From contig CACPPU010000001.1 in NCBI GenBank assembly GCA_902635945.1, positions 364,955 to 428,954 of the forward strand: a DNA stretch of 64,000 nucleotides, read 5' to 3'. Both the position numbers and the translations under genes were made by a program. Each line of letters opens with the position of its first letter. The first letter of the stretch is position 1. Shown piece after piece: positions 9,354-16,713 of this stretch. The notes under the pieces were generated by a model, which was not told the DNA's origin, ran no database searches, and was given only the letters and a program-made list of their open reading frames with translations. This DNA is from an uncultured Candidatus Actinomarina sp. (GTDB lineage Bacteria > Actinomycetota > Acidimicrobiia > Actinomarinales > Actinomarinaceae).

Positions 9354-10770
9354 CAGGTGTCATTCCTCTCAAGTAATCAATAATAAGTTCTATGTCTGAT
9401 TGCGGAAGAACAGCACCAAAACCAGGCATTTTTCCTCCACCAACACCGTTAACTCCATATGCTTTACCATTTACAGAACCTTTAACAATAAAATCTATCA
9501 AGTCTTCCCTCTGCTTAAACTGGATATTGGCTCTACCTGCTCTTAGTGCAGGTCCCAAACCACCAGATGCTATCTCTTTAGTATATGCTACACCAGCAGA
9601 ATAACCTGCGGTATGACATCTTGCACAGTAAGCGTTAAATAATCCAACTGCTCTTTTAGCTTTTTCTAGATCTCCATCAAAAGTTGAATCAGCAATTTCA
9701 TCGAATGAAACTTCCCAAAGTTTTTCTTCCAATGCTTTTTCAAGAAATGCTAAACCAGTTTCAGCCTCTTTGATAAATTTATCGTATCCCTCTGCAACAA
9801 TTGTTATGTTAATTAATTCGGATTCAAGTTGTGATAAGTAACCGCTTGCAACAGATTTGTCTTTTCTTCCAGGAATAGATTCTTCGTTATCTGGGTCTAA
9901 ATTTAATATAGAAGTTCCCAAAACTTCAGAAACGGTACTGCTGTAAGCTGATAACTCTGTTTCAGTAGAGTCACTTAATCCGTCTTCATCTGTGTCAATT
10001 CCACCTTCTTTGGAAAGTAGTGATGAAACATCTTCAACTGCTTTTTGAACAACAGGTAATTTTCCTGGTGCATCTTTTACGCTTTGGATTAATTCTTTTT
10101 GCCTTGCTATTTCATTCTCAACTAATAGCTCAGATGTATCGAGTCTCGATAATGAGCTATTGATATTCATTTCAATAGTCTGTAGCTCTTCTGATTGTGA
10201 TATTTGAAAGTGATGCATGTACTCGATCAAGTCATCTAATTGTCCATCATTCATTGGACCACCACCTTCTAATCCCCATGCAGGCATAGGTGAGTTTGCA
10301 CGTCCATAAATTAACCAATAACGAACTTCTTCATCATCATATCTATAGAAAACATTGTTTATTGCAGGAGCAGTCCATGTAACATTTATTCCACTTCTCT
10401 TTTCAACATATGAAGCTGCACCACCAGATCCGTCAACACCATGGCAGTTACCACATCCGAATTCTTCATATAAATGTTCTCCTCTTTCTACAGATACCTC
10501 ATCAAATTCTTCTACAAAACCTTCTTGTCTGTCTTGTTCTCCAAGGTAATAAAGAGGAATCATGATAGTTAAAAGTGAGGCAATTAAAACTGCGACAGTT
10601 AGAGTTCTATCAAGTGTTTTTGTTTCTAAATCATCATCATTTCGATATTTTGACAAGTTTGGTGCATAATCAGAAACTTTACCTGAGCCTCTAAAACCTG
10701 CAGCAGTAAAAAATGCTAGAGCAGCAATTATCCCTAAAGCAATTAATGTAATTGAAAGTGAACTTGTCAT
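9346..10770 (-). CDS. Membrane-anchored dihaem c-type cytochrome (QcrC-like) with a long insert between the haem domains
   Basis: 474 aa with an N-terminal TM and two CxxCH sites (CGNCH, CARCH). Each site has a downstream Met-Pro ligand context (SPMPAWG, GKMPGFG). About 180 acidic/helical residues separate the two domains. Confidence 0.8.
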   Translation of the reverse strand: MTSSLSITLIALGIIAALAFFTAAGFRGSGKVSDYAPNLSKYRNDDDLETKTLDRTLTVAVLIASLLTIMIPLYYLGEQDRQEGFVEEFDEVSVERGEHLYEEFGCGNCHGVDGSGGAASYVEKRSGINVTWTAPAINNVFYRYDDEEVRYWLIYGRANSPMPAWGLEGGGPMNDGQLDDLIEYMHHFQISQSEELQTIEMNINSSLSRLDTSELLVENEIARQKELIQSVKDAPGKLPVVQKAVEDVSSLLSKEGGIDTDEDGLSDSTETELSAYSSTVSEVLGTSILNLDPDNEESIPGRKDKSVASGYLSQLESELINITIVAEGYDKFIKEAETGLAFLEKALEEKLWEVSFDEIADSTFDGDLEKAKRAVGLFNAYCARCHTAGYSAGVAYTKEIASGGLGPALRAGRANIQFKQREDLIDFIVKGSVNGKAYGVNGVGGGKMPGFGAVLPQSDIELIIDYLRGMTPDA

Positions 10771-10771
10771 A

Positions 10772-11650
10772 CTATTCCTCTGTAGTTAGAGCTATACAAG
10801 ATAAACCCTGGGGATACTTCACTGACATACCTGGTGCTCGAGGTGATTCGATAATTGTACCAGTGTCAATAACAAGTCTTCCATTTACATTAGCGACATT
10901 AAACCTATCAAGATTTCTTGGAGCTGGGCCTGCGAAATATTCACCAACCATATTATATTTTGAACCATGGCAAGGACATTCAAATCCTTGTGATGAGTTA
11001 CACCATGGAACCCTACATCCTAAGTGAACACATCTTTGATAAACAGCTACTAAACCATCAGTAATTGTGGAGCCAGTTGCAAACTGAGAGTTGGCCGCCG
11101 CAGCTGCATCCAATGGAAGCACATAAGCTCTTGCTGCTGGAATAAAAGCTGGAATAACGGAACCATCAGCTTGGAATATTTGACTCTTTATTTCTTCAAT
11201 TGGACCTGCATCAACTTTTGAACCAAAACCACCCGAAACTTTTGGCCAGAAAAACCCTAACCATGAAATTGCTTGAATACCTGCAAAAGCACCAAATGAA
11301 ATTCTAAGAGCTTTTGTTAAAAATTGTCTTCTAGTTATTCCTGCTTCTTCTTCAGAGATCTCTTCATAAATAACTTTTTCTTCAAGCTTTACAGCGCCAT
11401 CTGATTCAACAACTGGTTCGTCAATTTCCTCAACAGTTGCTTCCGTTTCGCCTTTTGGCATCTCTGGTTCTAAAAAGTTGGTTTGAGATTTATCCTCTTT
11501 AAGAGCTTTTTTATCAAGGTTTTTCTTCCAGTTAAAACTTTTTGGTCCTCTACCGGTGACAATAACTACGATACCAACAATGCCTAAAAACCCGACCAGA
11601 GCAAAGGCGGCAAAAGATAATTCAACTATGCTCATTCGAAATGAATCCAA
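10772..11650 (-). CDS. Rieske [2Fe-2S] iron-sulfur subunit
   Basis: The Rieske boxes CVHLGC and CPCHGSKY are present, with N-terminal TM helices. The gene lies between the cytochrome b and cytochrome c genes. Confidence 0.85.
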   Translation of the reverse strand: MDSFRMSIVELSFAAFALVGFLGIVGIVVIVTGRGPKSFNWKKNLDKKALKEDKSQTNFLEPEMPKGETEATVEEIDEPVVESDGAVKLEEKVIYEEISEEEAGITRRQFLTKALRISFGAFAGIQAISWLGFFWPKVSGGFGSKVDAGPIEEIKSQIFQADGSVIPAFIPAARAYVLPLDAAAAANSQFATGSTITDGLVAVYQRCVHLGCRVPWCNSSQGFECPCHGSKYNMVGEYFAGPAPRNLDRFNVANVNGRLVIDTGTIIESPRAPGMSVKYPQGLSCIALTTEE

Positions 11651-12462
11651 TCGAGCAAATCGTCAAACCATATCCCATCAATCCAAGGATAAGTCCAGTT
11701 CCAGCCAGGACCTCTAAAAAGAACTCCAATAATAGTAAGTACACCTGCTCCTGCTAAGAAAAAGGTATAGAACATAATTGCAAATTTTCTTTTAGAAGGA
11801 TGTGTTTCTGGATTTCTATCTATGTATGGAAAAGCCATCCATAGAACTACACCTAAAACTAAAGGAATCATAACTCCAGCAATTTGAGGATCCCAATATG
11901 ACAATAATTCCTGCAAGCCCAAAAAATACCAAGGTGCTTTTGCAGGGTTAGGTGTTACGTTTGGATTTGCTTCTTCAAGAAGAGGTGCTTGTAATATTGC
12001 TGATAGAAAAATTAAAAAAGCTGTCATTGCCATCAATGAAACAAATTCTGGAAGCATCAAATGTGGCCAAGTGTTAACTTTATCAACTGGCTCAGAAACT
12101 GATTTTTGAATTGGTTTTGCTTTTACAACAGTTAACAATCGTTGAGTTACCTTTACTTCAGGTGCAAAATCAACTTCTTCAGGACTATCAGGTTCTGGAG
12201 CTTTTGCTGCAGGCTTTTCTTCAGCGTTTACAGCTGGAGCTGGAGTCTCTGCTGCTGGAGCTGGAGTCTCTGCTGCTGGAGCTGGAGTCTCTGCTGCTGG
12301 AGCTGGAGTCTCGTCAATAGTCTTTACCTCTGGCTCTTTTGAGATAACTGTTGGATCTGACTCACCTTTCATTTCAGCTAAAGCTTGTTCAACACTAATG
12401 CCCAAAGCTTTTGCTCTTGCTTCCGCAGATCTCTGCAATAAATGTTCTGGAATATCTACCAT
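11632..12462 (-). CDS. Cytochrome b C-terminal half (subunit-IV-like) with an N-terminal QRSAEARA module and a Pro/Ala/Glu repeat linker
   Basis: 276 aa. The C-terminal TM region carries the Qo-site PEWY-type motif as KAPWYFLGLQELL. The N-terminus reads MVDIPEHLLQRSAEARAKALGISVEQALAEM, followed by (ETPAPAA)x4. Confidence 0.75.
   Translation of the reverse strand: MVDIPEHLLQRSAEARAKALGISVEQALAEMKGESDPTVISKEPEVKTIDETPAPAAETPAPAAETPAPAAETPAPAVNAEEKPAAKAPEPDSPEEVDFAPEVKVTQRLLTVVKAKPIQKSVSEPVDKVNTWPHLMLPEFVSLMAMTAFLIFLSAILQAPLLEEANPNVTPNPAKAPWYFLGLQELLSYWDPQIAGVMIPLVLGVVLWMAFPYIDRNPETHPSKRKFAIMFYTFFLAGAGVLTIIGVLFRGPGWNWTYPWIDGIWFDDLLDWIHFE
12233..12313 (-). repeat. Perfect 21-bp tandem repeat (about 3.9 copies) encoding (ETPAPAA)n in the subunit-IV-like gene
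   Basis: GCTGGAGCTGGAGTCTCTGCT occurs at 12233, 12254 and 12275, with a partial copy from 12296. Confidence 0.9.
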
Positions 12463-12468
12463 AAGCCT

Positions 12469-13242
12469 CTACAAAGGTCCTGAAATTCCGCCATCTTTTC
12501 TTACTCTCCAGAAGTGGACAGCCATAAAGATAACAATAATAAATGGTAAGAAAAGTACATGAAGAACATAAAATCTTAATAATGTAGCTGTTGTTGCCTC
12601 GAGTCCGGCGAACAATCCAAATTTGGCCTGAGCTCCAATAACAGGCGTATAGCCAGCCATGTTACCTCCAACAGTGACAGCCCATATGGCTAGCTGGTCC
12701 CAAGGAAGAAGGTAGCCTGTAAAAGACAACAATAAGGTTAGTAATAGCAAAATTACTCCTATGACCCAGTTGAACTCTCTCGGTGCTTTATATGCTCCGT
12801 GATAAAAGACTCTAGACATATGAAGGAATACAACTAGAACCATAAGGTGTGCACCCCACCTATGCATATTTCTAACTAACGAACCAAATGCGATACTTGT
12901 TTGTAAGGTCTGAATGTCAACGTACGCAAGTTCGGTTGGGCGGAAATAAAACATAAGCCAAATTCCGGTAATTGTTAATACTATGAAAAGAAAGAAACTT
13001 AACCCACCCAAGCAAAGAGTGTATGAGAGCCTAACTCCGTGTCTTTTAACTTTGACTGGATGGAGGTGGTACAACACGTTATTCATAACAACATAAGATC
13101 TGTTTCTAGGACTGTCTACATAGCCTTTCCTAAAAGGAGATCCCGGACGGAAAATACTGGACATTAATTTTCCACCTCTGAAGCTATCGCTAGCACTTAC
13201 TCTTGCTTCTTTAATCCTGTCTCGAAGAGATAATTTTTGCAT
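12469..13242 (-). CDS. Cytochrome b N-terminal half (b6-type, four-helix dihaem core)
   Basis: 257 aa. Haem ligand spacing is H-x13-H in NMHRWGAHLMVLVVFLHM and H-x14-H in LHVLFLPFIIVIFMAVHF. The latter spacing is the b6/Firmicutes-type pattern. Confidence 0.85.
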   Translation of the reverse strand: MQKLSLRDRIKEARVSASDSFRGGKLMSSIFRPGSPFRKGYVDSPRNRSYVVMNNVLYHLHPVKVKRHGVRLSYTLCLGGLSFFLFIVLTITGIWLMFYFRPTELAYVDIQTLQTSIAFGSLVRNMHRWGAHLMVLVVFLHMSRVFYHGAYKAPREFNWVIGVILLLLTLLLSFTGYLLPWDQLAIWAVTVGGNMAGYTPVIGAQAKFGLFAGLEATTATLLRFYVLHVLFLPFIIVIFMAVHFWRVRKDGGISGPL

Positions 13243-13251
13243 TATATAATT

Positions 13252-13698
13252 CTAAAGCCTTCCATATATATATCCGTGTCTGTCATTCCTCTCACCAGAG
13301 TCTTCATCCCAAGGTGCTGTATAAACTCCATTTTGAACGGCTTGATCTGCTAATGAGCCAGCAAACTTTCCGAGAGAAATCACCCCTGTTGGGCATCTAT
13401 CTACACACAATGCACATCTAGTACAAGCTTCTTCATCAACAACAAAAAAACCTGGTGCCTCAGATTCATCTGGAGCTTCCACATTTATTGAATCGTCAAT
13501 TGCATCAACAGATAAATAATGAATGCATTTCCAAGGACATATATCAACACACCCTTCACACAAAATACATTCTGCTTCATCTATATGTAAAAATTGTTTT
13601 GGACGGACACGAGAAGTGACTTTTTCTGTATCAACCATTGCAAGATTGTACTTCTTTTCAAACTCTGGCATCTCTATTAAGACTTCTGATTTAGGCAT
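13252..13698 (-). CDS. 2x[4Fe-4S] ferredoxin-domain subunit encoded within the Rieske/cytochrome b operon
   Basis: 148 aa with two CxxCxxCxxxCP motifs (CILCEGCVDICP, CTRCALCVDRCP). It overlaps the upstream gene by 8 nt. Confidence 0.75.
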   Translation of the reverse strand: MPKSEVLIEMPEFEKKYNLAMVDTEKVTSRVRPKQFLHIDEAECILCEGCVDICPWKCIHYLSVDAIDDSINVEAPDESEAPGFFVVDEEACTRCALCVDRCPTGVISLGKFAGSLADQAVQNGVYTAPWDEDSGERNDRHGYIYGRL

Positions 13699-14284
13699 CT
13701 TGCTCCACCCTTACGACCTCTTTACCATAATCAGAAATTCTAGATTTAGAACTTTCAATTTTATTATTTACATCTTGGATTAAATAGGCAACTACTAATC
13801 CTGCGATTAAAAAGTTAGTTGAAATACCTAACTGTATGATGTCTTTTAACGCAGCAAGGCTTAAACCAATTTCATTATTTAAAAATAGTATTGGTGGAAA
13901 TTGTATAAACTCTCTTTGACCTGTCCACTCTAAAGGTCCTTGTGCTAGGTTCAACCACTCTGATGGGACAATTCCTAAAAGGATTGACATTTCGATCCAT
14001 GTTAGAAATGCAAAATAAGTAGCTTTTGCCCAAGTTAATTCTTTTTGATTCCAGACCACTAATACCATGCCAAGTAAAAGGAGCTGGCTTGCACCAAATG
14101 CTAAAAGCTGACCAATGGATTGAGGCAACCACCCTCGTGGAATCCAATTAAAATAATTTACTACTGCACCTTCAGAAAGACCAGCAAAATGAGCAATGAT
14201 AACTCCAATGGTCATGCCACCGAGCCCTGAAACAATTGAAACTAAACCTATTCTGTATCTAAATTTATAAATTGTATAAATCAA
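13691..14284 (-). CDS. Polytopic membrane protein, first gene of the Rieske/cytochrome b operon
   Basis: 197 aa with about 5 TM segments. A good RBS (GAGGAAA on the minus strand) lies just upstream of the ATG at 14284. No family recognised. Confidence 0.4.
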   Translation of the reverse strand: MIYTIYKFRYRIGLVSIVSGLGGMTIGVIIAHFAGLSEGAVVNYFNWIPRGWLPQSIGQLLAFGASQLLLLGMVLVVWNQKELTWAKATYFAFLTWIEMSILLGIVPSEWLNLAQGPLEWTGQREFIQFPPILFLNNEIGLSLAALKDIIQLGISTNFLIAGLVVAYLIQDVNNKIESSKSRISDYGKEVVRVEQDA

Positions 14285-14419
14285 ATTTCCTCAAACCTTA
14301 CCTTTATATAATATCGTAAGTTTGGATAAAAATATAAATTGAATCATTATCTTTTTTTAAAAATTTTCGTTAACACCAAGCAACATTTTTCCAATATAAT
14401 AGTAAAGTCATATTGAATA

Positions 14420-15823
14420 TTGGCTAAATTGATGAAAATAAAGTTGTTTCCAAAAAACGAACAAGAACTTTCAAAACTCTTTGTTTTGATTTTTCCACTT
14501 ACCTTATTGCTATCACTAACTATTTCATTTCTAAAAAATGCATACTTTACTTTTGCAAACCTTCTGCCAAACAATTCGGTTTTTAATTACGGTTTCTTAG
14601 ACAGGCTCGACACACAGGCAGCTTTAGGTCTAGTTTTCGGTGCGTCACTTTGTTTGAGCTTTTCATATTTATTTTCAAAATCACTAGGTAGATCAATGGT
14701 ACTATTCCCGATTGTATTTTTAACGTTACTGGGTGTTGTTGGAACTGAATTTTTAGACATACTTGTAAATTTCTTCTTTCAGAACTCAGCATATGATTTG
14801 GGTAATAGTTCCCTTCTCATTCTTTTAAAAATTCTGGTTGTGTTTGGATTATTTGGACTTGCCACACTAAACCTACTTGCTAAAAAAGAAGCTTCAATTT
14901 TTGCAAGTGCACAATTTATATATGGTGCGGTGGTCTTTTACTTAATATCTTTATTTATTGTTAGAGCAGAATTAAATGTGTTTTCAGACATATTTTTAGT
15001 TAACTCTTTATATACAGGTACACATATATATGTTGGTGTTGCTTTCATATATATGGCAATAGTTCATTTTTTAATGACTAGACCACTCCAAGCAGTATTA
15101 TTCAACAAAACCCTTTCATCTATTACGTTTTGGGGTTTTTTGTTCCTATTGCCTTGGACAAATTTTAAATATTATTACGGCTCGGTACTTCCAAATTGGA
15201 TTGAAAATATATCTATCTATCTCTCAATGAGCCTTGTTATTCCTTTGTTAGCTTTCCTAGTTAATTACATCAAAACAATACAATCTAAGGAAGTTGATGG
15301 AGTAGGATCACTAAATCTGCTTAACTTTTCAGTAATCCTTTTTTCTATAACAACAATTTTTCATATGATTTCAAGTTTTGAAAACCTTCTTCCAATTTTA
15401 GGGATTACAAATTTTGTAAATGTTATTACCTATGGGCTCTTTGGATCTCTTGTACTAGCAACAATATCCTTAAGTTATTATTTAATACCTAAGTTGTATG
15501 GAAGAGAAGTTAATTACTCTAGACTCGAAGACATTACCTTTTTTGGTTTCAAAATATCTTATCTTTTATTGTTGATTAACAATACTGTATTGGGCGTTAA
15601 CTCAGGTTATTCATGGAATGCGGGAGCAAATGCAGGAAGCCCAACAATTTACGGAGAAGGGTATGGTGTTGTTTGGAGTCTTATTAGTTTTAATTTTTCT
15701 GTTAATACTTTCATCTCTCTACTTTTACTTGGTAGTGGTTTTCTATATTTAATTTCTGTTTTACGAGCAATCTCATCTGGTTCAATAACAACTGTTGAAG
15801 AAATGGTTTATAGCAATGATTGA
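14420..15823 (+). CDS. CcoN-like (cbb3-type haem-copper oxidase subunit I homologue) lacking most metal-ligand histidines
   Basis: 467 aa with about 12 TM segments. Blocks such as SLSYYLIPKLYGRE, GSVLPNWIENISIYLSMSLVIP and YTGTHIYVGV resemble conserved CcoN segments (comparison from memory). The whole protein has only three His. The likely true start is the ATG at 14432. Confidence 0.55.
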   Translation: MAKLMKIKLFPKNEQELSKLFVLIFPLTLLLSLTISFLKNAYFTFANLLPNNSVFNYGFLDRLDTQAALGLVFGASLCLSFSYLFSKSLGRSMVLFPIVFLTLLGVVGTEFLDILVNFFFQNSAYDLGNSSLLILLKILVVFGLFGLATLNLLAKKEASIFASAQFIYGAVVFYLISLFIVRAELNVFSDIFLVNSLYTGTHIYVGVAFIYMAIVHFLMTRPLQAVLFNKTLSSITFWGFLFLLPWTNFKYYYGSVLPNWIENISIYLSMSLVIPLLAFLVNYIKTIQSKEVDGVGSLNLLNFSVILFSITTIFHMISSFENLLPILGITNFVNVITYGLFGSLVLATISLSYYLIPKLYGREVNYSRLEDITFFGFKISYLLLLINNTVLGVNSGYSWNAGANAGSPTIYGEGYGVVWSLISFNFSVNTFISLLLLGSGFLYLISVLRAISSGSITTVEEMVYSND

Positions 15824-15897
15824 AGTGTTAGCAGAAATTTTTGAATTCATAGCTGGAAGCTGGTACACGAAGCGAAAAAAGAAACCCGTGGAAACTA

Positions 15898-16713
15898 GTG
15901 AGGAGAACTCAAGTGAGTGATTTAGTAAATAAAGTAGCTGAATTATTAAATGCGCCTGTTGATCTTGTTCAGAGATCTGCAGAGGCAAGAGCACAGGCAT
16001 CTGGAAAATCTGTTGAAGAGGTATTAAGTTCATGGGCTGGTGGAGAAAGTGTTGCTGCAAGCTCAGCGCCAGCTCCAAAAGAAGAAGCTGTTGTTGAAGA
16101 GGCTCCAGCTGCAGAGGTTGTAGAAGAGGCTGTCGAGGAAGTAGTTGAAGAAGTTGTTGAAGAAACTAAAACTCAGGAGGTTGTCGAGGAAGTAGTTGAA
16201 GAAGTTGTTGAGGAAATTGTTGAGCTAAAAAATGAAAGTGCTTTAAGTTTTATTTCAGGAGTTCTTTTAGTTGGTTTATTTACATTTCTATTCGCTTTTG
16301 TGATTCCAAAGAACCAAGCTACTGATATAGTTAGTGACTCTCTAAATAACAGCGTTAGTGCATCAAATGAGGTTATTAAGGGAGCTGAAGTATACGCAGA
16401 ATTGAATTGTCAATCTTGCCATACACAGAATGTTAGAACTCTAATTCCAGACACTCAAAATGGTAGAGTTCTAAAAAATAAATTTGCAAATGAAACGTTA
16501 ATTAATAATGTTGGAAATATAAGACTTGGACCAGATCTTTCGACCAGCGCAACACGTGAACCCACAAACAATAGTCAATGGCTAACTCGATACTTATCAG
16601 ACTCAACATCTGTCAATAGGGATATTCCACATCCAAGTTATGACTTTCTCGATGATGACGATTTGGAATATCTCGTAACTTATTTACTATCATTAGGAGA
16701 ATCAAATGAGTGA
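15898..16713 (+). CDS. CcoO-like monohaem cytochrome c with an N-terminal QRSAEARA module and acidic repeat linker
   Basis: The C-terminal domain KGAEVYAELNCQSCHTQNVR...RLGPDLS...IPHPSYDFL parallels the CcoO blocks (CxxCH, GPDL, MPxY). The probable true start is the GTG at 15913, preceded by AGGAGA, giving MSDLVNKVAELL like the next gene. Confidence 0.65.
   Translation: MRRTQVSDLVNKVAELLNAPVDLVQRSAEARAQASGKSVEEVLSSWAGGESVAASSAPAPKEEAVVEEAPAAEVVEEAVEEVVEEVVEETKTQEVVEEVVEEVVEEIVELKNESALSFISGVLLVGLFTFLFAFVIPKNQATDIVSDSLNNSVSASNEVIKGAEVYAELNCQSCHTQNVRTLIPDTQNGRVLKNKFANETLINNVGNIRLGPDLSTSATREPTNNSQWLTRYLSDSTSVNRDIPHPSYDFLDDDDLEYLVTYLLSLGESNE
16131..16211 (+). repeat. 30-bp exact direct repeat at 51-bp spacing in the CcoO-like linker (VEEVVEEVVEE)
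   Basis: 16131-16160 and 16182-16211 are identical (TGTCGAGGAAGTAGTTGAAGAAGTTGTTGA). Confidence 0.85.

Noticed and set aside
12233-12313. Possibility that the tandem repeats here (also 27757-27890) are a CRISPR array
   Set aside because: The units are contiguous with no unique spacers, are in frame, and lie inside conserved genes where they encode Pro/Ala/Glu linkers. No cas genes are nearby.
12111-12342. Plus-strand ORFs 12111-12320 and 12142-12342 with LELESLLLE / WSWSLCC repeats
   Set aside because: They are translations of the opposite strand of the 21-bp coding repeat in the subunit-IV-like gene. They are artefacts of the repeat.
13875-14147. Minus-strand ORF 13875-14147
   Set aside because: It is an alternative frame inside the better-supported 13691-14284 membrane-protein gene, which has a good RBS.
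14347-14792. Minus-strand ORFs 14347-14574 and 14583-14792
   Set aside because: They overlap the divergent promoter region and the 5' part of the CcoN-like gene. They have no RBS or motifs and are likely spurious.
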